DNA from: Psammoneis japonica
Lineage: Eukaryota
Assembly: GCA_008632985.1 (NCBI GenBank)
Contig: QPGO01000009.1
Span: 744,001 to 807,528 of the forward strand
Direction of reading: 5' to 3'
DNA: 63,528 nt
Shown here: positions 50,264 to 62,100 of the stretch, one piece after another
Layout: every line of letters starts with the position of its first letter
Position numbering within the stretch: the stretch's first letter is position 1
The notes under the pieces: model-generated
Told to the model about the DNA's origin: nothing
Databases searched by the model: none
The model's input: only the letters and a program-made list of their open reading frames with translations
Made by a program: the position numbers and the translations under genes

Positions 50264-53200
50264 GATGGTTGTATGTTGTTGTGATTGACGGTGGATTTGC
50301 TCGTTCAGAGATTATTTGAATAAAAACAAGAGAACCGTCTCTTTTGTGTGCAAGCTATCGTTACTAAACAGGGTGTTCTGGGTATAATCAACGGAAAGCG
50401 GTCGACTTTATTGACAAACAACAACACAACAACACTTGAGCTGTTGTTGTTGTTGTTGTCAAAGTGCGCCAATTTTTGTTGCCAATGATGCACGTGGTAC
50501 GGAAATGATTACCTACGTGAATGAATAACGATAAGCAAATTGAAGTATATATTTGTATTAGTCTTTGAATATCTGTAAACCTATTGCCTTATGCAACGTC
50601 AATAGAGCCAGTCGTGTAAAGTGACAACGTATTTGTTTCCTTCGTATATGTATATTGTATAAACATCATCGCGCGACGCGCGTCGATGGATACTGCTCGC
50701 ACGCACGACGGCGAGGACCAAAAAAGATCTCGACGTGCAACGTGACACTTCTCCGCCATCAACAACCATGATGCCTCTACTCCATCCGTAAAACGACAGC
50801 CGCTGCTCCTTGCACGCATACTACTACTCGCAAGTAGCATTGTGATTTCCACAAATGCCTCTTTGATTCCACACTCAATGTCAAATCATTCCAAGTCGCC
50901 ATCAAGACTCGACGCAACAACAAAACAGCAACAAGAACGCTCCAAGAAACGAGCCGCTGTCGGATTGGGCACGAAGAATGATGCGGGTATTCAAATGGGT
51001 GGTGTGGATATATATCAATCCGGTAAGAGGGCATGTATGACAAGCCATTGGCACGCAATGTGATCCTCACCATCTTGAATGTTTTCATGGGTGCAAAAGC
51101 ACCATCCGTTTGAACTGGCACTTCTGTTGCCGTTGCTGCTCTGTGGCTCTTCTAAGGGGGGGGGGGGGGTCTTCGATTTTCATTGCTGCTCCGCGGCTCT
51201 GTTAAAGAAAGGTAGACGAAACAATTCCACACTGGACAATTCTGGAGCTGACACCTTGGCAAGTCATGACAGCACAATTGCAACAAGTGCGCTCATGTTT
51301 TTCAGGCATTTGAGGATGCAAGTTTTCACCGGTTTGTTCAAGCTCTCAAAAATTTTTTAATCATGCCTTTAGTTCAGATCAACCAGTGTCGTACAATGGA
51401 CACCACATGACATTCACGTGTCGATTTTTGGAGGAGTTGAACCGAAAGCCCCATTTCGGAAGTAGAATTTTGGGCGTTCTTGTTTTTCTTTGCGCGGCAT
51501 TGCTTTCACCATCTCGTATGCAATTGGAGTTGACCAGATCAACTTTTACGAACATGGCTGGCCCGGAGGATCCTGAGAGAATTGTAAAGATTTTCGCGTT
51601 ATAGTCTGCACCGACAGAGACTATATGACACACGATGCTGCCAAGTCGCCAACGAAACAGAGAGTAAAAAGTCGCCATTTCTGTTGTTCAGTTGTCGCTG
51701 CAATCGCTTCTGATGCATTGATGCTCACTTGGCGGGAGAGTCGTCACGTGATGATTTCACTCTACGCATTGTGTTGCCGGTGGGTGCTTCTACAATGATG
51801 ATAACGTACGATGTTAGTTCGTAGAAGTATCTGCAAGGTGAAATTGAAAATAGAACTACAACTATGTCAGCTCACGCATGCGTTGGGTTTTCTATTCTCC
51901 CTCTTCTATACGCCCCACTGATCTTGCCACTGGAACCACGACCTGATAGAGGTGGAAATGGCACCGCGTTTCTCGGCGCTTGATCTTTTCTTGAGCCCAT
52001 AGTCTTGGGCTTTAATGTCGGATGGTGCTAACCAGGAAAACATGTGTGGCTCATGAGACTATCATGGTAACCAATACACCAAAAACCGTTGCCACAAGCA
52101 AAAACGAATGGAGAGCACTCATTACATGGAAGAAACAATCCCCAGCCAGGGATGATAGGCACCTTTTTACGGAAACGATGATGTTGAACCGCTTTGGAAT
52201 CTCGAATCATCGTGGTGAAGAGCGTGCCATTGAACCTTCGCAAAGAGATAATGACAGGCTGGTCGAGTCGGACGGAAACATGCCGTCAACGCGAATAGAA
52301 ACGCCCTGTCTCTACAGCTTTGCGATTCAAGGAGCCGTGAAGGTTCTCGCAGCATGCTTGCAAAGTCAGCATCAGAAATTATCGCTTGTTCGGAAGCGTG
52401 TTCAAACATAAATACCGTAAGAGGCTGCTGGAACCAATGTAGATAAAATCTTCTCTCTTTGACGTTTTGTGTAGCATCATGTGTATCCCCGTCAGTTCCT
52501 TGCTTCGCAGAAGCATCTGGAGCTCCCTTTTCTATTGCCATTTTTCTTTCTCTAGTTCCAATCAGAGTTGGTTGCGTGTGTGTTCTCCTTGAAAAAGGGA
52601 AGCAAGTTCAAGCAGCCAGTCGTTGAAAGGCAAAAACTCATCCAAACGAAGTGATGAGCTTAGGTCGCCGATTATAGATACATAAGAAACGATTCTACCT
52701 CAACGAGGCGAGACCAACCCGCACTCTCCCGAGGGCTCCACGCACGCTGCACGGTAGAACTCATTAGACCCGTCTTCGTTTCGAAGTTCGATAAGGCACC
52801 CGCATCAACTTTGAGGCGAGCACCAAACGTGAGGTTCGATAGAAAGCCTTCCGCACTGTCTCTTTCCAGCTCAATACACTCTTTGACGCCGCGAAAGAGA
52901 CCAGCACCATGCAGGCTGGCAAGACGTAATTACAGCGTCATGCGAAGGCGGCTTCAATGCTACTGGTTTTCCAAAAATCAATGAGTTCATGGAGGACACC
53001 ATAAGTGGGATGTCCTTATTCAGCACTTGATTAGTTCGAGAGACCTCCACTTGCTGATTGAGCAAGATTGAGCGGCAGATAGTCACAAAATACCTTTGAC
53101 AGCACGATGATTCTCTGCTTCATTCTCACATAGCTTTCATCGCGACCACGTCATCTACTGAGCAACTTCGTACACTTCCACTTACGCGTGTCAAGTCGTG

Positions 53201-53576
53201 GCGGTGCAAACAGTCGATTAAAATAGCAGTGTGACAAATCCCGTAGCTTTTGTGTAGAATGAGCAAGTTGAATCCCCAGTAACCAAAAAAGTCGCTCGGT
53301 TTGAAAAAAACACACGAGAGACTTCGTGAGTTTGAAAATGGACGTGTTTCAAAATTTTTTGAAATGGAAGCGCCGTTCGAACCAGTGGAATGTGGCATTG
53401 ATTCTACAGAGAGAGGATCGCACAAGAGAAGAGAAGAGCAAAATCCTCAGTCACTCTCACAATTTTGACATTCGTCATTTTGTTGTTCGCACTCACTGTC
53501 ACCGTTCCCATCTACATCGAGCAGTCTTCACCACCGTTCACCAGCTACATCGAGCAGTCTTTGCCGATCCTTTACG

Positions 53577-54446
53577 ATGAAAGCGGCGGTGGGAGTGGCG
53601 GTGGCCGAAACGCCAAACAAGAGGAAGCGCCGAAACGAAGAACTGGCTGGTTTTGCTGCAAGTCTCCTGTCTCATCATTCGGAGTTTGATTGTTCAAGTC
53701 TGATGCATCGCGGATGTTGTCTGCACCCTGAGTTCGAGAGGGAGTGCGAGGAGTGTAGCCCAGAAGAGTTGAGCGCTCGCTTCGACAAGGCGTGTGACGA
53801 GCAAACGCGTCTCGTGCTCAAAATCCAGGGCCAGAGCGATCACTTTGAAGCGGCCAAGGGGAAGTGCAGTGTAGCTTCAGCGAATTTGAACAAGCTTCAA
53901 GCTCAGGTCTGTGAAGCGGAAGATGAAGTGGAGCGTTGTAAAGGTGCTCAAGGTGAATCTTGTCTCAAGTGCCAAGATCTACACTCGCTCGCCGTCTCAA
54001 ATCAGAAGTTCCTCCGAACCGCCGGCTGGTGCCGCAGAGCTTCAATGGAGAAGAAGCATGCCAAGAATCCCATGTCGTTTGCCCGAGCTGATGCGGGTTT
54101 GACATCCAAGGCAGCAGTTTACATTCTTTCGCGCGATGAATGCATGCTCAAGCTCTGCAAGTTGTGCCACAATGGACTCGCCGACAATCCTGAGTTCCGT
54201 GATGAGATTTTCTTAACTGGCAAGGCTTTGAAAACGAGGCTTCATGACCGTGTCATTCGTTGCCTCTGTCTCGATCTCATTGAGCCTTTTGCCTCCACCA
54301 GTGCTGAGAAGACCGCAGTCGCAGCAGTTCCGACTTCTGTGGATGCCGACCATGAAGAGACGTCTGCAAGCGCAAGGAAGAGCTTGAGCAGAAGTTGTCT
54401 CTTGCGCAGAGCGTGTCATGGCATTCACCAAGATTCGAACCATTGA
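53577..54446 (+). pseudogene. Coiled-coil ORF inside a TpA-depleted, CpG-retaining domain
   Basis: 289-aa protein-like ORF with a single Tyr and excess Cys/His, consistent with TAY to TGY/CAY decay. Confidence 0.45.
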
Positions 54447-55199
54447 TCATGAACTGCAATTGACTGACACCAAGTGGTGGAAAAACGTCCCTCACCGAGG
54501 GACAGCAATTCACAATGGTCGGCGGATGTCATGAAAACCTTGTAAATGGGATGCAACTGTTCACTTTTGTGCTTCAATGTGCAAACATCGTCAGCTCGGT
54601 CGTTGCTCGTTTGCTCGACGCAACGTTGCGTGTGTCCTTCACGTCGGAGCTCCTAAATCGGCCATGAGCTGCAGACAGAATCGACTGCAGTGCATGTCAC
54701 GGACCCGTTGGCAACCTCTGTTCCATGAGCAGAGGAAGAGCAATTTGCAAAGAGCATGACAGCAATTGTGACACATTGTGTCATCTTGCGCATCTTTTGT
54801 TGCTGTGACGAAACGAAAATGTGTTAGAAAACACCACGGCGCCAAATCGTTCAGCTGCATTGGCAACAGCGCGCGCGGAGAAGGGGAGCATTGGCCGACT
54901 CTTGTGCTGTTTTCCCATTGGGATGATGCTTGGAAGGCAAAAGTTGACAGCTGCCATCGTGACTGCTGGAAGCCATTTTTCCGGCCTTTTTTTGTTGGAA
55001 GTGGACGCTTCCTTCGGTCGTCACATGGCCTTCTTGTTCTTCGTCCGCATGACGGAACATCATCTGTTCTCGACTTCGTTGTCCATCCATCTCGAAAATT
55101 GCGATGATTGTCTGCATGTGTGGGAACGACGTGAAGAGCATGGCAGGTGTCAGTGCTTGAGTTGTTTGTGTTGTGGCAGTTTCTCTGCGAAGCAAGATG

Positions 55200-55440
55200 A
55201 ACTTCCTGGCTCCCCAGTTCCTTTTGAAGGACGAAAAGATTTGCGTCCTCCTCCATCGTCCATGGATCACTCTTTTCATTGGCTGCAACAGATCGTTCTA
55301 CTTGTCGCGGCACTGCTTTCAGAAACGGCCTTGCACCTGCGTGGCAATGCTGAACCACTTGCAATCGGCGGCTGCTTTGGCATTTCTGCTTCAATCAGTG
55401 TCCGGAGAAGTGCATCCTCCTTCAAGAGTCCCAGCCGCGT
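55200..55440 (-). pseudogene. R2R3-type Myb DNA-binding domain pseudogene
   Basis: Across frames: EDALLRTLIE...KWFSIATQVQGRF*KQCRDK*NDLLQP / KSDPWTMEEDANLFVLQKELG. Confidence 0.72.
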
Positions 55441-56346
55441 TCATGCATGATTGGGTGCTTTTCTGACTTACCGCGACGGTCCAGATTTTGTTTTGTTCGT
55501 TTGGCTTTCATTGAATCTCATCGCGTGCGGTGTTGTTGTTCTTGGGCTTGGAACGGGGAAAGTTGTCAACAGCAGAAAGCTGATGCAAGTTGGCGACCAC
55601 TCATTGTTTCTTGCGATTTTTCGCGTCTCCATCGATTCGGACTTTAGTCGATGAACCGGTCCGTCCCACAACACGTGCAGCTTCACATTCGCGTTGCGTT
55701 GGAGGCAATTCACGAACTCTGCCAGTCACATTCAAGCGATGACACTTCAATCCCGAGAAAGAGGTGCTGCGTCATTGCAGTGTCGAGCACAGGGCACAGG
55801 CGACGAGGTGGGGCTGAAAGGCCAACTCATTCCCATCGACCGTCGATCGCAAGAGTGGAGTGAGGTGGGATGATTGGGATTGGGATTCTCCACTGAACAA
55901 GCGGATCCGTTGACAGCACATTGTCACTGCACCTTAGAAACACACGTGTTTTGTCAGCCTTGCATCAAGCGAGTCAAACCGTGCACGCCCATCATCCTCA
56001 AGGAGGATGTTGTTCATCGACTGTGTTTTTGCGTTGCGTGCTGCACCCGGCTTTGTCGCGTTGTCACCAGCAAACAGAAACGACAGAAAGGATGGAAGGG
56101 ATGCCAATTCGCTTTGATGAATGGCTTCAGTTGTGTGGAGCATTCTCTGCGGTCGATTGTCAGGTTTCTTGCCGCTTGTCAGACGTCAGACATGGATGCA
56201 TGTTGCATGTTGTGTGGTTCTCGTCCATCCCCGCGACTCACCACGGACAGAACAATTCCAAATTTCAAATTTGAAATCTCGGAACATCTACACTGTAGTA
56301 CAGTATGTGCGTACGCGTACGTGGGGTTCCAATCTGGCTGGGCGTG

Positions 56347-56628
56347 CTACGCGAAAATACGTAAAAAGCGCTCGACCGGTACAAGCGTAGAAAATACATG
56401 CCCAGTACAAGCGTAGAAAGTACCTGCCCAGTACAAACGTAGAAAGTACCTGCCCAGTACAAACGTAGAAAGTACCTGCCCAGTACAAACCTACGATGGC
56501 TACGATACACTTTTGTCAAACTTGAAGTATTTACCAAAAACCTTGAAGTTTTGGCGAGGAGGCCATGCTACTCTCACGTAGCCACCGTAGATTGTACCGG
56601 ACGAGCCCTTTCTACGTATTTTCCGTAG
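56347..56628. mobile_element. MITE-like element with imperfect terminal inverted repeats of about 38 bp
   Basis: ctacgcgaaaatacgtaaaaagcgctcgaccggtacaa matches the reverse complement of 56592-56628 (ctacggaaaatacgtagaaagggctcgtccggtacaa). No TSD seen. Confidence 0.65.
56379..56490. repeat. 26-bp tandem repeat, about 4.3 copies (gtacaaacgtagaaagtacctgccca)
   Basis: Head-to-tail units with no spacers. Confidence 0.95.
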
Positions 56629-57260
56629 AATGACCAGTACATCGATGACCACCGAATGATTCGGACATGCTATATGATAGCGCTACGACTCACGATTCGA
56701 GACTTGCTCTGCAGCTTACCGTACGACGACGTACCGGTACCTACCGGTGTATCTAAAACCAGCCATACCATGATAGAAGTACCAGCCAGGCCAGCCACCT
56801 ACCACCTACCTCCTCACTCGCGACTCGCGACTCGCGACCATGCACTCGAGCACCATGCGACCCGATGCGACCCATGTGCATGAACCGCATCAACCCCAAA
56901 CCAGTGAATTCAAAGCACCATGGTCCATACTCTGTTGCTGTCGCATAGATGGCTTCTTTTAGTAGGACGGTGCGCATCTTTGGTACCGTCATATCGAAGA
57001 GCGTTACTTCGCCAACTCAACAGGATGAAGTTTTGCTAGACAAGTTGGAAAAAGAGGATGTCTGGAAGCCATCATGAAGAATCGCGGAATACCCGACAGT
57101 TTCTTTGTAATAAAAGAGTATAATTCTACTCTCCAAGTCGAATTTGTTTTTGACTTTTCCAAGGTGCTATCCGAAAAGGATTCAAACCGGCTCGACCTTT
57201 CTTCCTCCAACGTGACACTGCCGGTAGCTCTGATGTTGTTAGTAGGTTACCTACTCGTAG

Positions 57261-58935
57261 CTATGGCGTAAGTAGTGTTACGACTGCTCCCGGCACATTT
57301 TCAGCTCCCTGTTTTCTCAAGTATTCCTCTTTCCATTCTACTATTTCCAACCCGTTCGTTTTTGCCAAAGCTTCAATGTAGGCTTGCGTGTGTCCAAACC
57401 GGCCACTCTTTAGAAGTTTAACTCTCACAGAGTCGTCATCGTCATTCAACAGTAGTTCCACCGTAAAGCAAAGATAGCCACCGGTTCGTAGCGTTCTTGT
57501 GCATTCGACAAACACGTTTTGCAAGTCACCCATGTAAATAAAGACATCGCATGCTGTAATGACACTGACGGATCCTTGTGGGAGATTATGTAAAAATGCA
57601 GTACCGTCCACCACGGATACTTGACTATACACAGCAACGTTTTGACCAGTATCCAGCTGAACCTTTCTTAACCGATAAATCTATGCCATGCGTGGCGACA
57701 AGTCCACTCCGCGTAAATCGTCTCGCCTAATATTGTTGATCATCGGAACAAGACGACGAGAAGCCAATTGCGCATCAATTCTCCAAGCAAGCCAGTACCA
57801 CAACCCAAATCGACAATTGTAATAACCTTCCTCCTGTCGCCTTTTTTCTGGTTGTCATTTGGAAAAGAGTGCCTCGGCCACAAGCTCGTGTCCCTTTTGT
57901 GGTTCAGTTCCTGTACCAATTCATTTTCAAAACATTGCGAGTATCCATCCAACAAGTCCGCCACGTACGAGTCTTGTAATTTTATAGCAGCAGCAGTGGC
58001 ATGATATCCAAGGAAGCCAGCTGTGAACAAGGGCCTGTCCGTCGTTTGGATAAACTTCAAGGGCACGCTTAAAAAATAGGTGACTGCCATGTATCAAATT
58101 GATTTCGACTCTTGTAGACAACACCAACATTTTGTTCAACAAGTCGGCAGCCACCTCTGGATCAATAATGTTCTTTTTATGGTTCTTCCAATATAGTCCA
58201 AGAGAAATAATCCATATTCCAAGTGTTGATTGGGATTAATGTTTGCTTCTCGCGCACTGCAAAGGCAGCGAGAATGACATGATTGATCAACCGATTCCAA
58301 AGAATTCCTTGTTGTTTGTCATCCTGGTATGTGACGGGTAGGGATGGAAGTGAATCGTAGGGGTATTGTTTGTTGTTTGGATGAGAAGATCCACTCAACA
58401 ACAAAAAACTATCCACCGCCGTATTGAGTGATTTGAGAGCAGCTTGTTGATACGAATTGTAAACACTCTTAGTAGTACTCATTGTCGTTTCGTCGTCGGT
58501 ACTGAGCAGAGACACTTGCTGATTTATTCTTCTCAGGACAACGCCCATGCACTCGTCGACGCAATGGGCTCCCTGGGGACCGACACGATTATTCCAAGGC
58601 TTGCTTTCAACAAGACTTGTTGTGATGGACGGTACACGTTGGCACGGGACAAGAGCAATTTGACCAGAGTTTCAAAAACAGCCGCATGCTGAGACATGAC
58701 AAAATCGATATCATCACTATCCTCCTGTTGAATGTACAGCGTTTGATACAAGAGTTCTTGTGCACTTGTTGTTGGCCATCATTGTGTGTTTTTTTTTTTT
58801 TCGGTAACAATAACAAATTGGCAGCACGGTGCGCAAGGCGAGAATGCGAGTGACGCTTCGCCGTTGTGCTTTTAGCCACGTCTTGATACAATTGTATACA
58901 TTCTTGTCTGGGTGAATCATCATAATCACTGCCAT
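57261..58935 (-). CDS. TPR-associated class I SAM-dependent methyltransferase-like gene (COG4976-like), several frameshifts
   Basis: YVADLLDGYS..FE..LV, IVDLGCGTGLLG, GVDLS..M, CDVFIYMGDL, GGYLCFTVE and SGRFGH motifs occur in order; the 5' end is uncertain. Confidence 0.75.
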
Positions 58936-59169
58936 GATAGATTGCTTCTCATGGGCGGGCGCTTGCAGGTGCCGCGTCTGGAACGTTCGACGGCCAGTTG
59001 AATGGCGCTGCGTGAAATTGTCACTGTCATTCGTTGTTTTAGCGTCATTGAAATTGGCGTGCAGCTGTGCGGTGTGGAGTATGAAAAGGATACTGTAATG
59101 AGCAACAAGAGCATAGGTTTTGAAACAAAGATGTGTTTTTTGCTCACAGGTTACCCACTTGACACTGGT

Positions 59170-62100
59170 GTGAGGTGTGAATAGTCTACGAGTCACGAGT
59201 CAACAACCGAGTCTGATTCACGGATGACGCTCCCGGTCATGGATCTCTTCTTCCGGAAGAAATGTCCGTTGAGTCTTCTAGCGATAGTAATCGGAGTGAC
59301 ACACACGACCGTTAGGTCATAATGTCATCTCCAATCCCTCGTGAGATCTTCTCACAATTCGCATCTTTAGCGCATCTTATTGTCCCAAAAAAACCTGCTT
59401 CTTATCATCCTCTGTTGTGTTGCACAACCTCAAGAGAGTCCTGAACTCTCCATCCTACACAGTGCATTGTTGTATCCCAAGTGGTTACGACCCCAATCCA
59501 GGCACCGGCATCAACTCGTGACGGAGTTGCTGCCACTCGTTCGTCTCATTACAGACGACATCCTGTCCAACGGCGATCTTCTATGTCGCAATCCAACGGT
59601 GATCATCTATGTCGCAATCCCCACCTGCTAATCGATCCTCTACATCGAATCATCCATGACCATGTCCATGGATCCTGATGCCGTCAAGATGTTTGCTGAG
59701 GCCTTCGCCAAGATGCAAACCTCGACCAACCCTCCTGCGATCCCCACGCCGCTTTCCACCACTCTCATGGAGTGCACCTGGGTGGTTCGGCTCTGAACAA
59801 CAAGTGCGAGCAGACCGACACCCGCACCTGCCGTTTTGCCTTGCAACGTCGCCATCCGAAAGCTGTCGACTCTGTCGAGCGATCTCTCAGAGATCAACTC
59901 GCTTCGGCAACCACATCCAAGTTCAACGGCCAGATTGAGTCATCCAACGGTTCCAGTGCTGAACTGGACAAAGACCACTTCGTCAAGACCATTCAGGACT
60001 TAATCGAGTCGCGCGGACAAGAAACTTTCTGCCATCTCAAGAAAGTCGACGGCAAGGTTGTGCACCTTTTTGATCATCTTCACGCCTTCACTGTCAAGGA
60101 CCTTGAGAAGGAACATGAGACCCGTGTGGCGGCCACAGGTGACGAAGGCTACGATCAGCATGAAATCGATGACATCGGCTCATCACAACTCATCGTCAAG
60201 TCGCGCATCACCAAAACCTTCCGTGAAAAGATTGAAGCCAAGTTTGATCACTTGAAGAACTGCAAGGATCTTCCGGGGTCTGTCTTGTTTATGATGGCTC
60301 TGGACACCTGCAACGCCAGTGCTCTGGTTGACGTCAAGGCCGCCAAGGAAAAGTTGAATGACTTAACTCTGGACAACCACCCTGGCGAAGACTGCACCGA
60401 GCTTGCAACCGAAGCTCTGCGCCTGCTCAAGATCATGCAGACGGACTGTGCGTTGCCAGTTGAAACTGGGTCTGCTGTTTTATCTGAGGTGTCAAAGACA
60501 TCCTCCGAGTTTTTCAATCGTCAAGTTTTTGCCAAGCTCGACTCCGTCAAGCGCTTGGAGCACAAATGTCGCTTGCGTGACCCGGCAGAAGTCCCCAAGG
60601 ATGCCGACCATGCGGATCTTGGACCTGTTGGCCTCATTGGCTGGATCACCAAGACCCATGGCGAACTCATTAGCGATGAAGATTGGCCTGCCTTAGCAGC
60701 CAAGCTCCCGGAATCCAACCTCGCCAAGGACCACTCGGAAAAGCATTGCTGCGGCTGTGGCAAGGTTGGGCACACCAAACGCACGTGTCCCACCTGCAAG
60801 GAGCAATGCAAGAAGGACAAAAAGGGCATGGCGGACAAGTCCAAGGATGACCCTCCGGATGTCCGGAAGACTAACCCTTCCAAGAAACCACCCAAGCCGG
60901 CCTGGCGTTTCGTTCACAAAGGTGCCACTGTCACCGACGAGAAAGGCACGACCTGGCACTGGTGCGACAAGTGTGTGAACAAGGAAACGGGCAAGAAGGG
61001 CATGCATCAAGGCCACTCCTCCGCTCAACACACCGGGAAACCGTCTGTCAACACCGACACCACTGCTGCGGCAAATTTATCTGCTGTGTCGGACCCCTCT
61101 TCGGGCATTCCTTTTGGTCCTCCCGAGCAGACGACGTCTCCGCCTACAGACGAACCCTCTGACCCTAACGAGCTGGTTCATTGCGGCATGTGGTGTGCAC
61201 CTGTGGACGACTCTTTGAGTTCGACTCCAGTGACTGCGTCCGTCTCGTTCACTCCTGCTCCATCGGCCGAGAGGGAGACTGCCGTGGCCAAACCCGCTCC
61301 CATCTTGGTTGAAACGGTTGACCCCGAAGACGCTGACGATCACTCCGAGCACTCCGACGCTCACTCCTCTTTTGACTCCCTGCCGTCAGCTGTCGAGCTA
61401 TTTCCGGCCTGTGCCATGCACGAGATTCAAAATCCGGACGTGTTTTATGACACGATCGCAACTCACGTGGAAGGTCTGTCCGACGACGTGTTAGACGATC
61501 TCGTTTCCGGGGCAAGCATCCTGCCTTTCGAAGACAGCTACGAGCACTTACCTCCAAGCACCCAGCATCGCGGTTTCGAATTTTACGATCCCGAACCCCA
61601 AGATGTTGATTGTGGCGTCGAGGAGGCAATGCCGAGCTCTCGTCTTGAGCTTTTCTGGAACTTCTTGAAGCTCCGAGTTTTCTGGCTGTTTGCTGTGTTC
61701 TGGGAAACGGCACCACACATTTGCTGTGCGCCGATTCCTGTCTTACCTCGTCGCATGCGCCGTAAGGCATTCATCCCAACCATTCACGGTTTCCCCTCTA
61801 CCTGGATGGTGCTGACTGGAGCTGTCATGGTCTGGGCGTCTGTTTTCAACGGTCAGCTTCCCACGCATCCATTCTCCAATGTCCCTTCTCGCTTCTCCAA
61901 AGCCAGCTCTCAGGTCCACTCGATCATTGAAGAACTGGACGACAAGACAGTGTTAGATCCGGGCAGTTTGGTGGAACACAACAAGATTAAGGCGCGACAA
62001 GTGCTTGCCGAATTTGTGGAGCGCGATCCGGACCATTGTCTGAGCAAGAAATTCACGCAGCTCTGGGAGAACGACGTGTGCTCTTCCCCAGGCCCCTGTG

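Noticed and set aside
50600..53300. Fragmentary ORFs and a mild TpA-poor patch near 51.1-51.8 kb
   Set aside because: No identifiable domain, and the signal is too weak to call by eye.
56379..56490. CRISPR-like appearance of the 26-bp repeats
   Set aside because: Units are head-to-tail with no unique spacers, there are no cas genes, and the context is eukaryotic.
59479..59495. Possible copia primer-binding site (agtggttacgacccc)
   Set aside because: The position is plausible, but I cannot match it confidently to a tRNA and the LTR end cannot be verified without the second LTR.
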